A stretch of 64,000 nt of DNA from Eledone cirrhosa (GCA_964016885.1 OZ024752.1:47368001-47432000); one strand, 5' to 3'. Shown: positions 1 through 14,433, numbered from the stretch's first letter. Translations and numbers: made by a program. The notes: a model not told the origin generated them from the letters alone.

Positions 1-360
1 ATGGTGGTGGTGATACTGTGGTGGTGGTGATGGTGATGGTGATGGTGGTGGTGGTGGTGATACTATGGTGGTGGTAGTGGTGGTGATACTGTGGTGGTGA
101 TGGTGGTAGTGGTGGTGGTGATGGTGGTGGTGGTGATAGTGTTGAGGGTGTTGATAGTAACGGTGGTGGTGGTAGTGGTGGTGGTAGTGTTGGGGGTGTT
201 AATAGTGGTGGTGTTGGTGTTAAGTATGCTGACATAGTGGTGATGTAATGGTATGATACTAGTGGCAGTGGTGGTGGTGGTGGCAGTGGTGGTGGCAGTG
301 GTGGTAGTGGTGGCAGTGGTGGTGGTGGTGATAGTGTAGGTGATATGGTGATAGTGGTGG
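1..360. repeat. Degenerate (GGT)n microsatellite
   Basis: GGT/GAT/AGT triplet run read directly. Confidence 0.9.
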
Positions 361-663
361 CGGGAGGGTAGTCAGTTTCTTTTAAAGGTAACATGTTCTA
401 TGTAAAAAGAAACTGTTTGTGGTTGTTTAGCCCCAGGTCAGCCCTGGTTGAGCAGACATAATTAAAGGCATTCCATCCATGACCATCCCATCTTTTTTCT
501 ATGTGAAGGGAATCCAGGCCCATGTTGTCCAGTATGTCCCTTTTTTTAATATGGTAGAGTGTGATTTGAGGGTGATTTAACTACTATTTCTGGCAGCTCA
601 ACAGGCTATGTAGAGTGTGTGGTGATAGGGACCAGGGCATAAATAATGCTACAGATAGTTGGG

Positions 664-1430
664 ATGGTGGTGGTGGTGGTGGTAGTGGGGGTGGTGGTGG
701 TGGTGGTGGTGGTGGTATTGATGGTGGTGGTGGTGGTGGTGGTGGTGGTGGTGGTGGTGGTGGTATTGATGGTGGTGGTGATGATGGTGGTAGTGGTGGT
801 GGTGGTGGTGGTGGTGGTGGTGGTGGTGGTAGTATTGATGGTGGTGGTGGTAGTGGTGGTGGTGGTGGTGGTGGTAGTAGTGGTGATGGTGATGAGGAAA
901 GTATGATAGTGATAGTGTTGGAGGTGAGGAGAAGAGGACGACGAAGAAGAAGAAGAAGAAGAAGAAGAAGAAGAAGAAGAAGAAGAAGAAGAAGGAGTGA
1001 TGAAGAAGACAACGACCAAGATGAAGCAGAAGGAGAAGACTAAGATTGAGAAGAAGAAGAAGAAGAAGAAAGAGAAGAAGGAGAAGAAAGAGAAGAAGAA
1101 GGAGAAGAAAGAGAAGAAGAAGAAAGAGAAGAAGGAGAAGAAAGAGAAGAAGAAGGAGAAGAAAGAGAAGAAGAAGAAAGAGAAGAAGGAGAAGAAAGAG
1201 AAGAAGAAGGAGAAGAAAGAGAAGAAGGAGAAGAAAGAGAAGAAGAAGGAGAAGAACGAAAAAGATAAAGACGGAGAAGGAAGAAGAAAAAAAAGTGAAG
1301 AGAACGACGACCAAGAAGAAGAAGAAGAAGAAGAAAAGAAGAAGAAGATGTGAAGAAGAAGAAGTGAAGAAGAAGAAGTGAAGAAGAGAACAACAACCAA
1401 GAAGAAGAAGAAGAAGGAGAAGAAGAAGAA
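664..1430. repeat. (GGT)n followed by (GAA)n/GAGAAGAA compound microsatellite
   Basis: Direct reading; explains the poly-G, poly-R and poly-KE ORFs in all frames. Confidence 0.9.
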
Positions 1431-1579
1431 GGAGGAGGTATGGGCTGGTTGTGGGGAAGAAGGGGGTAGTGTAAAAAATGGTAGCAGAGAGGAGAGGTGA
1501 GGTGTTTTGCGACAAAACTCTTAACTCTGCACCAATGCCACCTGTATTAGTAAAAGACATAAGTTGCAGTTGCAGCTAG

Positions 1580-2790
1580 TGTTGTTGTTGTTGTTATGGT
1601 GGTATTGGTGTTGATGATAGTGGTAGTGGTGGTGTTGGTGTTGGTGATAGTGGTGTTGGTGTTGGTGGTGTTGGTGATGGTGGTGTTGGTGTTGGTGATG
1701 GTGATAGTGGTGTTGGTGTTGGTGATGGTGATAGTGGTGTTGGTGTTGGTGTTGGTGTTGGTGATGGTGTTGGTGATGGTGGTGATGGTGTTGGTGGTGT
1801 TGGTGATGGTAGTGGTGGTGGTGTTGGTGTTGGTGATAGTGGTGTTGGTGTTGGTGGTGTTGGTGATGGTGGTGTTGGTGTTGGTGATGGTGATAGTGGT
1901 GTTGGTGTTGGTGATGGTGATAGTGGTGTTGGTGTTGGTGTTGGTGTTGGTGATGGTGTTGGTGATGGTGGTGTTGGTGTTGGTGGTGTTGGGGATGGTG
2001 GTGGTGTTTGGTGTTGGTGGTGTTGGTGTTTGGTGTTGGTGATGGTGTTGGTGGTGTTGGTGATGGTAGTGGTGGTGGTGTTGGTGTTGGTGTTGGTGGT
2101 GTTGGGTGTTGGTGTTGGTGGTGGTGGTGTTGGTGGTGTTGGTGTTGGTGTTGGTGGTGTTGGTGATGGTAGTGGTGGTGGTGTTGGTGTTGGTGTTGGT
2201 GGTGTTGGTGTTTGGTGTTGGTGTTGGTGTTGGTGATGGTGGTGGTGGTGTTGGTGGTGTTGGTGTTGGTGGGTGGTGTTGGTGTTGGTGTTTGGTGTTG
2301 TTGGTGTTGGTGTTGGTGGTGTTGGTGTTGGTGTTTGGTGTTGGTGTTGGTGTTGGTGATGGTGGTGGTGTTGGTGATGGTGGTGGTGTTGGTGCTGGTG
2401 TCAGTAGAGCTGGTGTCTGTAGTGCTGGTGTCTGTAGTGCTGGTGTCTGTAGAGCTGGTGTTGGTAGAGCTGGTGTCTGTAGAGCTGGTGTTGGTAGTGC
2501 TGGTGTCTGTAGAGCTGGTGTCTGTAGAGCTGGTGTTGGTAGAGCTGGTGTCTGTAGTATTGGTGTCTGTAGAGCTGGTGTCTGTAGTGCTGGTGTTGGT
2601 AGAGCTGGTGTCTGTAGTATTGGTGTCTGTAGAGCTGGTGTCTGTAGTGCTGGTGTTGGTAGTGCTGGTGTTGGTAGTGCTGGTGTCTGTAGTGCTGGTG
2701 TCTGTAGAGCTGGTGTCTGTAGAGCTGGTGTCTGTAGAGCTGGTGTCTGTAGAGCTGGTGTATGTAGTATTGGTGTCTGTAGTGCTGGTG
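1580..2790. repeat. (GGT/GTT)n tract grading into a 15-bp minisatellite (AGAGCTGGTGTCTGT) at about 2400-2790
   Basis: Direct reading of the tandem units. Confidence 0.9.
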
Positions 2791-3263
2791 GTGTCAGTGA
2801 GATTGGTATTGGTGATGTTCAGTGGCGACATTTTCATTATTCTTGCCGTTCTTGCGTTCTTGTTGTTGATGTTGCTGGTGGTGTTATTGTCATAGTTTTC
2901 CTTAGTGGTGGTAGTGGCATCATAGTTGATGGAGATGATGAAGATGGGGATGGTATTCTCGTTGTTGTTGCTGTCATTATCGTCAGTATTAACGGCTATG
3001 GTGGCAGTGTCGTTATTTTAAATTTAATTTAATTTCTTTATTATTATGTTTTTGTTATTGGTATTTTTATACTTTGCTTGTTTGTTTTTTTTGTTGTTGT
3101 TAGAGTGCATCCAACTACAGTTGCACATCGGCAGTGCAAGACGGTGCTATTATATCAATGCTTCATTAGTATGCAAATTTCAAGAAAAGGAGATTAATGA
3201 TGGCATCTTTCAGCCTGCCTGCGCCCCGTCCCCCACCTACCACCCCCGTTCTCTTCATCTACC

Positions 3264-3972
<709 letters not shown>

Positions 3973-4132
3973 GTTGATGGTCTGCAGTATGGGAACCGAG
4001 AAGACGACAAATCAGAGAAGTACTCAATACATAGTATGATGCAGAGTCGATATATTAGTGACACTAGAGGATCAACTGTGGTCTCGCGTGGTTTAGGCTA
4101 GTTACCTCTCCGAAGGTAACTAGCCTAAACCA
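3973..4132 (-). mobile_element. Penelope-like terminal-repeat fragment ending in a perfect 19-bp hairpin; degenerate hammerhead 3' half
   Basis: Arms 4089-4107 and 4114-4132; minus strand continues CGAGACCACAGTT (a decayed GAAAC..GTC); shares GTATTGAGTAC (4020-4030) with other fold-back elements. Confidence 0.5.
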
Positions 4133-4145
4133 TTATTTTAACATA

Positions 4146-4314
4146 CCATATTTCTTGGCGCCGAAGATGCTTCCACCTCGAGGACCCACCCTAATTTTGA
4201 CAACCAAAAATTTGAAAAAAAAAATAATAAACAACCTTTGGCCTCCAGGGCGTATGGTAGATTTTTCAGACTTATTTTAGGAAAAAAATAACGTCTTGAC
4301 ACCGGAAAATACGG
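4146..4314. mobile_element. Tc1/mariner-pogo-type MITE
   Basis: Imperfect TIRs CCATATTTCTTGGCGCCGAAGATG and CGTCTTGACACCGGAAAATACGG, with TA on both sides. Confidence 0.6.
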
Positions 4315-4472
4315 TATATATATATAAATATATGTATATATATATATAGTTTTAATATAGATGAGATTCTACAGGACTATATAAATATATGTATATATAT
4401 ATATATATATAAAAAAATATATGTATATATATATATATATATATATAATTTTTCAAAAATATATATATATAC

Positions 4473-5266
4473 AAAATAACAAAGTGCAGGGCAATAAAGA
4501 TAGACGGTAGCCACGGAGTAGGCAGACCCAGAAAAACATGGGACGAGCTGATAAATTCCGACCTCACACGCTTACACCTCTCCAAGTCAATGTCACTGGA
4601 CCGAGACCTTTGGCGGTACTCAGTAATAGAGAAGACCCGCCTTACCTAAATACAAAGTAAAAACCTACTACAGTCAGTAGGCATCTCTATCAAAACACAC
4701 CCCCGTCCTACCACCTCCACCCCACCCACACCGCCCCTTTCAATGTAAAGTTATGTTGGTCCCACAACATCCAGGCCGAAACAAATGAGATCGTGTAGGT
4801 GTCACGACAAAAAACACACAGTCCACGCTGTAAATGTGGCCGTGTAGGTAACACGGTAAAAACGTCCCAGTCCCACACTGTAAATGTGGTTGGTGTTAGG
4901 AAGGGCATCCAGCTGTAGAAAACCTGCCAGACAGTCCACGCTGTAATGTGGCCGTGTAGGTAACACGGTAAAAACGTCCCAGTCCCACACTGTAAATGTG
5001 GTTGGTGTTAGGAAGGGCATCCAGCTGTAGAAAACCTGCCAGACAGTCCACGCTGTAATGTGGCCGTGTAGGTAACACGGTAAAAACGTCCCAGTCCCAC
5101 ACTGTAAATGTGGTTGGTGTTAGGAAGGGCATCCAGCTGTAGAAAACCTGCCAGACAGTCCTATGCGAACAATGACAACCACTCTTGCCTCAAGTGGGAA
5201 AACTCCCGTCCAAACCCATGCAAGCATGGAACACGGACGTTAAACGATGATGATGATGATGATGAT
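4473..5266 (+). mobile_element. 5'-truncated RTE-clade LINE (family 1): ORF C-terminus, 3' UTR with a 112-bp triplication, and (TGA)n tail
   Basis: 4479-4649 translates TKCRAIKIDGSHGVGRPRKTWDELINSDLTRLHLSKSMSLDRDLWRYSVIEKTRLT*, the RTE-type GRP.KTW...DR..WR C-terminus; a second copy is at 13688-14321. Confidence 0.8.
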
Positions 5267-5287
5267 AACCATAAATAGTATCCTTAA

Positions 5288-5323
<36 letters not shown>

Positions 5324-5871
5324 TATAAAGTATGTCCATAGAATCATTTGATAAGATATATACACCATTTCCTCTCCCAATTAGCATAATCAACCACACA
5401 CAAAACTAATTAAACCAGGCTATAAGATTAAAAGGCACCTATAAAGAAATAATAGATAAATAAACAACAGCCATCTATTCGCGATCAACAGCTATAGAAT
5501 ATTTACCCAGCATTTCAATAGCACGTGGAAATCGATTAAATATATGTCAACCATACACAATTAGGTATAAAATTAAAGTTAGAGGAAAAAATGTATATAA
5601 ACATACCAAGCATCATCATTTTACATCCGTTTTTCCCTGCTTGTATGTATATACCTTCAGCCTTCCTCGCTTCGACTCCCCGCCTCCCTATCCCAACTCC
5701 ACCCACCACCACCCTTACATGCCTCACACTCTTCCACCACTTGTCCATCTTATTGTTTATTCCTATGTTTATTTTTACATTTATTTTTATTTTTATTTGT
5801 TCTTCTCCTTCCCCCTTTTTTTCTAAATGTATTTCCACACACTCTCTGAACTCTCTTCCTAACATTATTTA

Positions 5872-5940
5872 CTCCTGAAGAAGGTCTTATGCCCGAAACG
5901 TCGTTCCCCCCCCCCACTCTCAAAAGCGTGAACCTAATAA
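5872..5940 (+). ncRNA. Degenerate minimal type I hammerhead ribozyme motif (Penelope-like terminus)
   Basis: CTGAAGA 5875-5881, short stem II, GAAACGTC 5895-5902 with a self-complementary ACGT stem III, AATAAA at 5935-5940; stem I is poor. Confidence 0.55.
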
Positions 5941-5983
5941 ACCTTTATTTGTCTGCCTCTCTGTTTTGTTCCCGTATATATAA

Positions 5984-6184
5984 AACGAAGGAGTTGTGGT
6001 AAGGAACCAGATGGACCATAACGCACCAGAGTACTCAATACTTAGGGTAGTAGAGTGGGAAATAGGAAAATAGGAAAAAGTATGACCCCGACGGCAGAGC
6101 TCAAGCCGTTTCGACGGCTATTTCTGGACAAAATAGCCGTCGAAACGGCTTGAGCTCTGCAGTTGGGGTCATACTTTTTCCTAT
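5984..6184 (-). mobile_element. Fold-back Penelope-like element carrying hammerhead 3' halves
   Basis: Inverted arms 6070-6123 and 6131-6184 containing GAAACGGC-TTGAGCTCT-GCCGTC-GGGG; homolog at 14434-14627. Confidence 0.7.
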
Positions 6185-6197
6185 ACATATATATATA

Positions 6198-6485
6198 TCA
6201 TTTCATCATCATCATTTCATTTTACGTCCGCTTTTCCCTGCTTGCAAGAGTGGGACGGGAACTGATTCTGGCTTGATTTCTACAGCTGGATGCCCTTCCT
6301 AACACCAACCTCATTTACAGTGAGTGCTGGGTGCTTTTTTGCCGTGGCACCTCCATGACCACTTTGCAGTGGAATGATAGGGACCCCAGTCCCTATCATC
6401 TCATTTCTACAGCTGAGTAAACTGGAGCAATGTGAAATAAAGTCTCTTGCTCAAGGAAACAACACATCACCCGGTCCGAGAATTG
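6198..6485 (-). mobile_element. SINE family A, 5'-truncated
   Basis: Near-identical to the reverse complement of 37616-37948. Confidence 0.85.
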
Positions 6486-6719
6486 TCCTACCCCCATCAT
6501 CACCGCCACCACCACCATCACCATAATCACTGTCATTGCCACTGCTGCCACCACCACCATAATCACCGCCACCGTCCCTATAATCACTGCTACCAATGGT
6601 TGTTAGTAGGAGTTGGTGGTGATTTATATAGTAGAGACTAGAAGAAAAAGAAGGCTTTTTTTTACATGACAGTAATCTTAATTTTCTGTGACCAGCATTA
6701 CATCATACTATCCCCATTA

Positions 6720-7610
6720 TTACCGCTACTGCCACCACTACTGCCACCACTACTACCACCACCACCACTACGACTATTGCCACCACCACCACTACTGCCA
6801 CCACTACTGCCACCACCACCACTACTGCCACCACTACTGCCACCACCACCACTACTACTACTGCCACCACCACCACTACTGCCACCACCACCACTACTAC
6901 CACCACCACCACTACTACCACCACCACCACTACTGCCACCACCACCACTACTGCCACCACTACTACCACCACTACTGCCACCACTATCATCACCACTACC
7001 TTTACCACCACCACCACTACTGCCACCACCACCACTACTACCACCACCACCACTACTGCCACCACCACCACTACTGCCACCACTACTACCACCACTACTG
7101 CCACCACTATCATCACCACTACCTTTACCACCACCACCACTACTGCCACCACCACCACTACTACCACCACCACCACTACTGCCACCACCACCACTACTGC
7201 CACCACTACTACCACCACTACTGCCACCACTATCATCACCACTACCTTTACCACCACCACCACTACTGCCACCACCACCACTACTACCACCACCACCACT
7301 ACTGCCACCACCACCACTACTGCCACCACTACTACCACCACTACTGCCACCACTATCATCACCACTACCTTTACCACCACCACCACTACTGCCACCACCA
7401 CCACTACTACCACCACCACCACTACTGCCACCACCACCACTACTGCCACCACTACTACCACCACTACTGCCACCACTATCATCACCACTACCTTTACCAC
7501 CACCACCACTACTACCACCACCACCACTACTGCCACCACCACCACTACTGCCACCACTACTACCACCACTACTGCCACCACTATCATCACCACTACCTTT
7601 ACCATCACCA
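6720..7610. repeat. (CCA/CTA)n tract with a 123-bp higher-order repeat
   Basis: Marker TATCATCACCACTACCTTTACC recurs at 6985, 7108, 7231, 7354, 7477 and (shorter unit) 7582. Confidence 0.85.
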
Positions 7611-8832
<1,222 letters not shown>

Positions 8833-9450
8833 TTCGTTTCTGAATTTGTTTAGCAAGATTCTTTATCTGAAAACGTGTGTTGAAACTGATATTGTTATAC
8901 TTTGGTAGGGTCATGTTGCCAATAAGAAACACACGCACCAGTTGCTTTCACTTCAATTTATTATAAATTAAATTTATAAATTTAGGAATTTATAAATTTC
9001 CGGTTGGTTGGTTCCACAACCAGACGATTGTTCATATATTGTCAAAGTTCTTTCGTCACACATTTGTCACACAGGCGATGACACACGACCGTGACCTCTG
9101 GCGTCACGCAGTAATACAGAGTACCCGACCTCCCATGGGTACAAGCTGAAGCATATAGACAATATGCCCCCACACCCTCCCACTGCAAGGTGGTCGTGGA
9201 GGTGCCACGGCAAAAAAGGTGGTGGTGGTGGTGTTGTGGTGGTGTGGTGGTGGTGGTGGTGTGGTGGTGGTGATGGTGTGGTGGTGGTGGTGTTGTGGTG
9301 GTTGTGGTGTGGTGGTGGTGGTGTGGTGTGGTGGTGGTGGTGTGGTGGTGGTGGTGTGTTGTATAGTACACCTGCCTGAACTGCATATACATATGTATAT
9401 ATAATATATATATATAAAAAAAAAAATAATAATAATAAAATAATAATAAT

Positions 9451-9642
9451 AATAATTGTTTCTATTTTAGGCACAAGGCCAGCAATTAACCAGTACATTA
9501 CTGGTACTTTATTTTATCGACTCTGTAAGGATGAAAGGCAAAGTTAACCTCGGCAGGATTTGAACTCAGAATGGCAAGGGCGTAACTCTATGTGTCAAAG
9601 CATGGCGTCCGACCCTCTACTGATACTGCCAATCCACCGCCC
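9451..9642 (-). mobile_element. SINE family B (tRNA-like head, GCCTTTCATCCTTACGGGGTCGATAAA core, (ATT)n tail)
   Basis: Multiple homologous copies in the window; B-box-like GAGTTCAAATC. Confidence 0.85.
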
Positions 9643-10283
9643 TAATAATAATAATAATGAAATTATTGTGTACAGTGCTCAGGTGCACTACAACTCGTCA
9701 AAGGTGTATGTATAGTACATAGAATAATATACAAACGTCAAGGAAGTGAATAGTGTATGAGTCGTGATATACATGTGTGTGTGTATGGAGGGGGAACATT
9801 AGGTGTAGTGTTGGCGAATCTCTAGGAAGCATGGCGGCCTTAAAGGATGCAGTGCCTCGGCAGCTAACAACCGATGCAGGTAGTTTGTTCCATGGAGGTT
9901 TTAAAGGATGCAGTGTCTCGACAGCTAACAACTGATGCAGGTAGTTTGTTCCATGCTTCAGCAACTCTGAGCGTGAAAAAATGTTTCCAAAAGTGATGGG
10001 AACTGTGCTGTTTTCTGACTTTGTGGGCATGCCCACGTGTGTTAGACACATGGAATTCAAAAATGTGCTCAGGGTTGTTGTTGGCAAGATGGTTAACAAT
10101 TTTGTGGGTGTTAACCAAGTCAGTTGCCAGACGTCGAAGCTTCAATGTATCCATGCCCAGGGAAGTAAGGTGTTCAGTGTATGGTAGATGCCTGATGGAG
10201 GGTATTTGCTTGGTCTCTGAACAGTTTCCAGGAGGTCAATGTTCTGAGCAAGATAGGGGTTCCAGACTGGTGATGCAAATTCA
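9643..10283 (-). mobile_element. 5'-truncated CR1/L2-type LINE 3' end, frameshifted, with an internal ~62-bp duplication
   Basis: Translations EFASPVWNPYLAQNIDLLETVQR and LRRLATDL...TRGHAHKV...FFTLRVAEAWNKLP are typical CR1 ORF2 C-terminal motifs; (ATT)n tail; a second 3' UTR fragment at about 11090-11175. Confidence 0.85.
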
Positions 10284-10342
10284 AATATATATATATATAC
10301 ACACATACAAACAAATACACACACATATATATATATAATATA

Positions 10343-10520
10343 TAATATAGAAATGGCTTCTACAGGATTAGAACTGTTTCATTCTAAGGAAATCATCAGG
10401 AATTCCTTTAAAATGAAAAGGTTCTAGTCCTGTAGAAGCCATTTCTATATTAAATATTGTATATACTCTACTTTGTATTGAGTACCTTACTCACTGTGGT
10501 TACCCTTGGCTGAACCTGGG
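10343..10520. mobile_element. Fold-back Penelope-like element with a hammerhead
   Basis: Inverted arms about 10343-10392 and 10403-10452; GTATTGAGTAC at 10475-10485. Confidence 0.65.
10358..10402 (-). ncRNA. Type I hammerhead ribozyme motif
   Basis: Minus strand TTC-CTGATGA-TTTCCTTAGAAT-GAA-ACAG(TTCTAATC)CTGT-A-GAA: 3-bp stem I, TTC/GAA stem II, ACAG/CTGT stem III, GUA site. Confidence 0.65.
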
Positions 10521-10715
10521 ATACACACACACACATATAATTCCTGAAGCTCACGGAGGAGATGACGAAGGACCGTGACAAGTGGAGAGATATAGAAAAC
10601 ATAAAATACATAAAGTTTTTCTTGGAGAAAAAATAATATTAGAGAAAAGTATTATAATATTAGAGAACAGTTATTCTTACTTTCTGATATTGTCAGTTGT
10701 TGATGGTATATATAT

Positions 10716-10716
<1 letters not shown>

Positions 10717-10750
<34 letters not shown>

Positions 10751-11072
10751 TTTACGTCCGCTTTTTCCCTGCTTGCAAGGGCGGGACGGGAACTGATTCT
10801 GGCTTGATTTCTACAGCTGGATGCCCTTCCTAACACCAACCTCATTTACAGTGAGTGCTGGGTGCTTTTTTGCCGTGGCACCTCCACAACCACTTTGCAG
10901 TGGAATGATAGGGACCCCAGCCCCTCTCATCTCATTTCTACAGCTGAGTAAACTGGAGCAACGTGAAATAAAGTGTCTTGCTCAAGGAAACAACACATCA
11001 CCCGGTCTGAGAATTGAACTCACAACCTTTCAATTGCAAGGCCAATGCTCTAACCACTAAGCCATGTGCCTC
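10717..11072 (-). mobile_element. SINE family A, full length
   Basis: tRNA-like head and (TGA)n tail; matches the other copies. Confidence 0.9.
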
Positions 11073-11556
11073 TCTCTATATATATATCAAATAATAATGA
11101 AATTATTGTGTACAGTTCTCAGGTGCACTACAACTCATCAAAGGTGCATGTATAGTACATAGAAAGTGAATAGTGTATATATGTATATATATATATATAT
11201 ATATTACCTACTCTACTACCCTAAACATCAAGTACTCTGGTGGGTTACGGTCTACCTGGTTTTTAGAAACCTTATCATCATCATCATCACCATTTTATGT
11301 TCGCTTTTCCCTGCTTGCAAGAGTGGGACATATATCTTATATATATATGTATATATATACATATGAAGGTAGCCAAAACTCATATATTATATATCTGTGG
11401 CTATGTTTAAATATATATATATGTTCTCTATGACTTTATATAGAGAGAGTTATATGTATGTAAAAGGTAAACAGAAATAACAACACAATCGGTAAAGCTT
11501 GTCGAAGTAAATCAGAACAGCTTTGGCTGACTTTTCCTCACTCAATGATATATTAA

Positions 11557-13638
11557 CCCTTTAATGTTCAAACCGGCCAAAATTCTCTACCTTTTTCTGT
11601 TGAAACTGGCTGTAACTGGTCATTCAAACTGATGTTAAGGTATTGTTCTTAAAATAAATACTTTCAAAACCTCATAGATTCGATATTATGTGAGATAATT
11701 ATGTGAGGTAAAGCCTTTACCATGGAAATATAATAGTATATATAGAGTAATAGAAATGTTATGTGAGATATTATGGGAGGTAAAGCCTTTACCATGGAAA
11801 TATAATAGTATATATAGAGTAATGTAAATGTTATGTGAGATATTATGTGAGGTAAAGCCTTTACCATGGAAATATAATAGTATATATAGAGTAATGTAAA
11901 TGTTATGTGAGATATTATGTGAGGTAAAGCATTTACCATGAAAATACAATAGTATATATAGAGTAATGTAAATGTTATGTGAGATATTATGTGAGGTAAA
12001 GCATTTACCATGAAAATACAATAGTATATATAGAGTAATGTAAATGTTATGTGAGATATTATGTGAGGTAAAGCATTTACCATGAAAATACAATAGTATA
12101 TATAGAGTAATGTAAATGTTATGTGAGATATTATGTGAGGTAAAGCATTTACCATGAAAATACAATAGTATATATAGAGTAATATAAATGTTATGTGAGA
12201 TATTATGTGAGGTAAAGCATTTACCATGAAAATACAATAGTATATATAGAGTAATATAAATGTTATGTGAGATATTATGTGAGGTAAAGCATTTACCATG
12301 AAAATACAATAGTATATATAGAGTAATGTAAATGTTATGTGAGATATTATGTGAGGTAAAGCATTTACCATGAAAATACAATAGTATATATAGAGTAATG
12401 TAAATGTTATGTGAGATATTATGTGAGGTAAAGCATTTACCATGAAAATACAATAGTATATATAGAGTAATGTAAATGTTATGTGAGATATTATGTGAGG
12501 TAAAGCATTTACCATGAAAATACAATAGTATATATAGAGTAATGTAAATGTTATGTGAGATATTATGTGAGGTAAAGCATTTACCATGAAAATACAATAG
12601 TATATATAGAGTAATATAAATGTTATGTGAGATATTATGTGAGGTAAAGCATTTACCATGAAAATACAATAGTATATATAGAGTAATATAAATGTTATGT
12701 GAGATATTATGTGAGGTAAAGCATTTACCATGAAAATACAATAGTATATATAGAGTAATATAAATGTTATGTGAGATATTATGTGAGGTAAAGCCTTTAC
12801 TGTGAAAATATAATAGTTTATATAGAATAATGTAAATGTTATGTGAGATATTATGTGAGGTAAAGCCTTTACCATGAAAATATAATAGTATATATAGAGT
12901 AATGTAAATGTTATGTGAGATATTATGGGAGGTAAAGCATTTACTGTGAAAATACAATAGTATATATAGAGTAATGTAAATGTTATGTGAGATATTATGT
13001 GAGGTAAAGCATTTACCATGAAAATACAATAGTATATATAGAGTAATGTAAATGTTATGTGAGATATTATGTGAGGTAAAGCCTTTACCATGAAAATATA
13101 ATAGTATATATAGAGTAATGTAAATGTTATGTGAGATATTATGCGAGGTAAAGCCTTTACCATGAAAATATAATAGTATATATAGAGTAATGTAAATGTT
13201 ATGTGAGATATTATGTGAGGTAAAGCCTTTACCATGAAAATATAATAGTATATATAGAGTAATGTAAATGTTATGTGAGATATTATGTGAGGTAAAGCCT
13301 TTACCATGAAAATATAATAGTATATATAGAGTAATGTAAATGTTATGTGAGATATTATGTGAGGTAAAGCATTTACCATGAAAATACAATAGTATATATA
13401 GAGTAATGTAAATGTTATGGGAGATATTATGTTAGGTAAAGCATTTACCATGAAAATACAATAGTATATATAGAGTAATGTAAATGTTATGTGAGATATT
13501 ATGTGAGGTAAAGCCTTTACCATGAAAATATAATAGTATATATAGAGTAATGTAAATGTTATGTGATATATTATGTGAGGTAAAGCCTTTACCATGAAAA
13601 TATAATAGTATATATAGAGTAATGTAAATGCTAAAGAG
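11557..13638 (+). mobile_element. piggyBac-like MITE inflated by an internal minisatellite
   Basis: TTAA-CCCTTTA ... TAAAGAG-TTAA; body matches the 220-bp copy at 46243-46462. Confidence 0.8.
11686..13630. repeat. 72-bp minisatellite, about 27 copies
   Basis: Unit TTATGTGAGATATTATGTGAGGTAAAGCATTTACCATGAAAATACAATAGTATATATAGAGTAATGTAAATG. Confidence 0.95.
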
Positions 13639-13687
13639 TTAAGGTTTGTATCATTAGAAATACAAACACATTATTCAGAGGTTCCAT

Positions 13688-14321
13688 ATCATCATCATCA
13701 TCATCATCATCATCAGGTTTAGCGTCCGTGTTCCACGCTTGCATGGGTTTGGACGGGGGTTTTCCCACTTGAGGCAAGAGTGGTTGTCTTGCTCGCATAG
13801 GACTGTCTGGCGGGTTTTCTACAGTTGGATGCCCTTCCTAACACCAACCACATTTACAGTGTGGGGCTGGGAGGTTTTTACCGTGTTGCCTACACGGCCA
13901 CATTACAGCGTGGACTGTCTGGCGGGTTTTCTACAGCTGGATGCCCTTTCTAACACCAACCACATTTACAGTGTGGGGCTGGGAGGTTTTTACCGTGTTG
14001 CCTACATGGCCACATTTACAGCGTGGACTGTGTGTTTTTTGTCGTGACACCTACACGATCTCATTTGTTTCGGCCTGGATGTTGTGGGACCAACATAACT
14101 TTACATTGAAAGGGGCGGTGTGGAGGTGGTGGGACGGGGGTGTGTTTTGATAGAGGTGCCTACTGACTGTAGTAGGTTTTTACTTTGTATTTAGGTAAGG
14201 CGGGTCTTCTCTATTACTGAGTACCGCCAAAGGTCTCGGTCCAGTGACATTGTCTTGGAGAGGTGTAAGCGTGTGAGGTCGGAATTTATCAGCTCGTCCC
14301 ATGTTTTTCTGGGTCTGCCTA
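13688..14321 (-). mobile_element. RTE LINE family 1 3' end, second copy (112-bp unit present twice)
   Basis: Reverse complement of about 4519-5266. Confidence 0.85.
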
Positions 14322-14398
14322 ATCAATAAGATAAACAGCTACATATGGGTGTTAAACGTTTAACGTCCATCTTCCATGCTACCATATATATAACATAT

Positions 14399-14433
<35 letters not shown>

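Noticed and set aside
8855-8900. Hammerhead-like CTGAAAA...GAAAC
   Set aside because: The core lacks the required G (CTGANGA) and the stems are weak.
11664-13595. 643-aa and 567-aa repeat ORFs
   Set aside because: A by-product of a 72-bp (multiple of 3) array inside a non-coding MITE.
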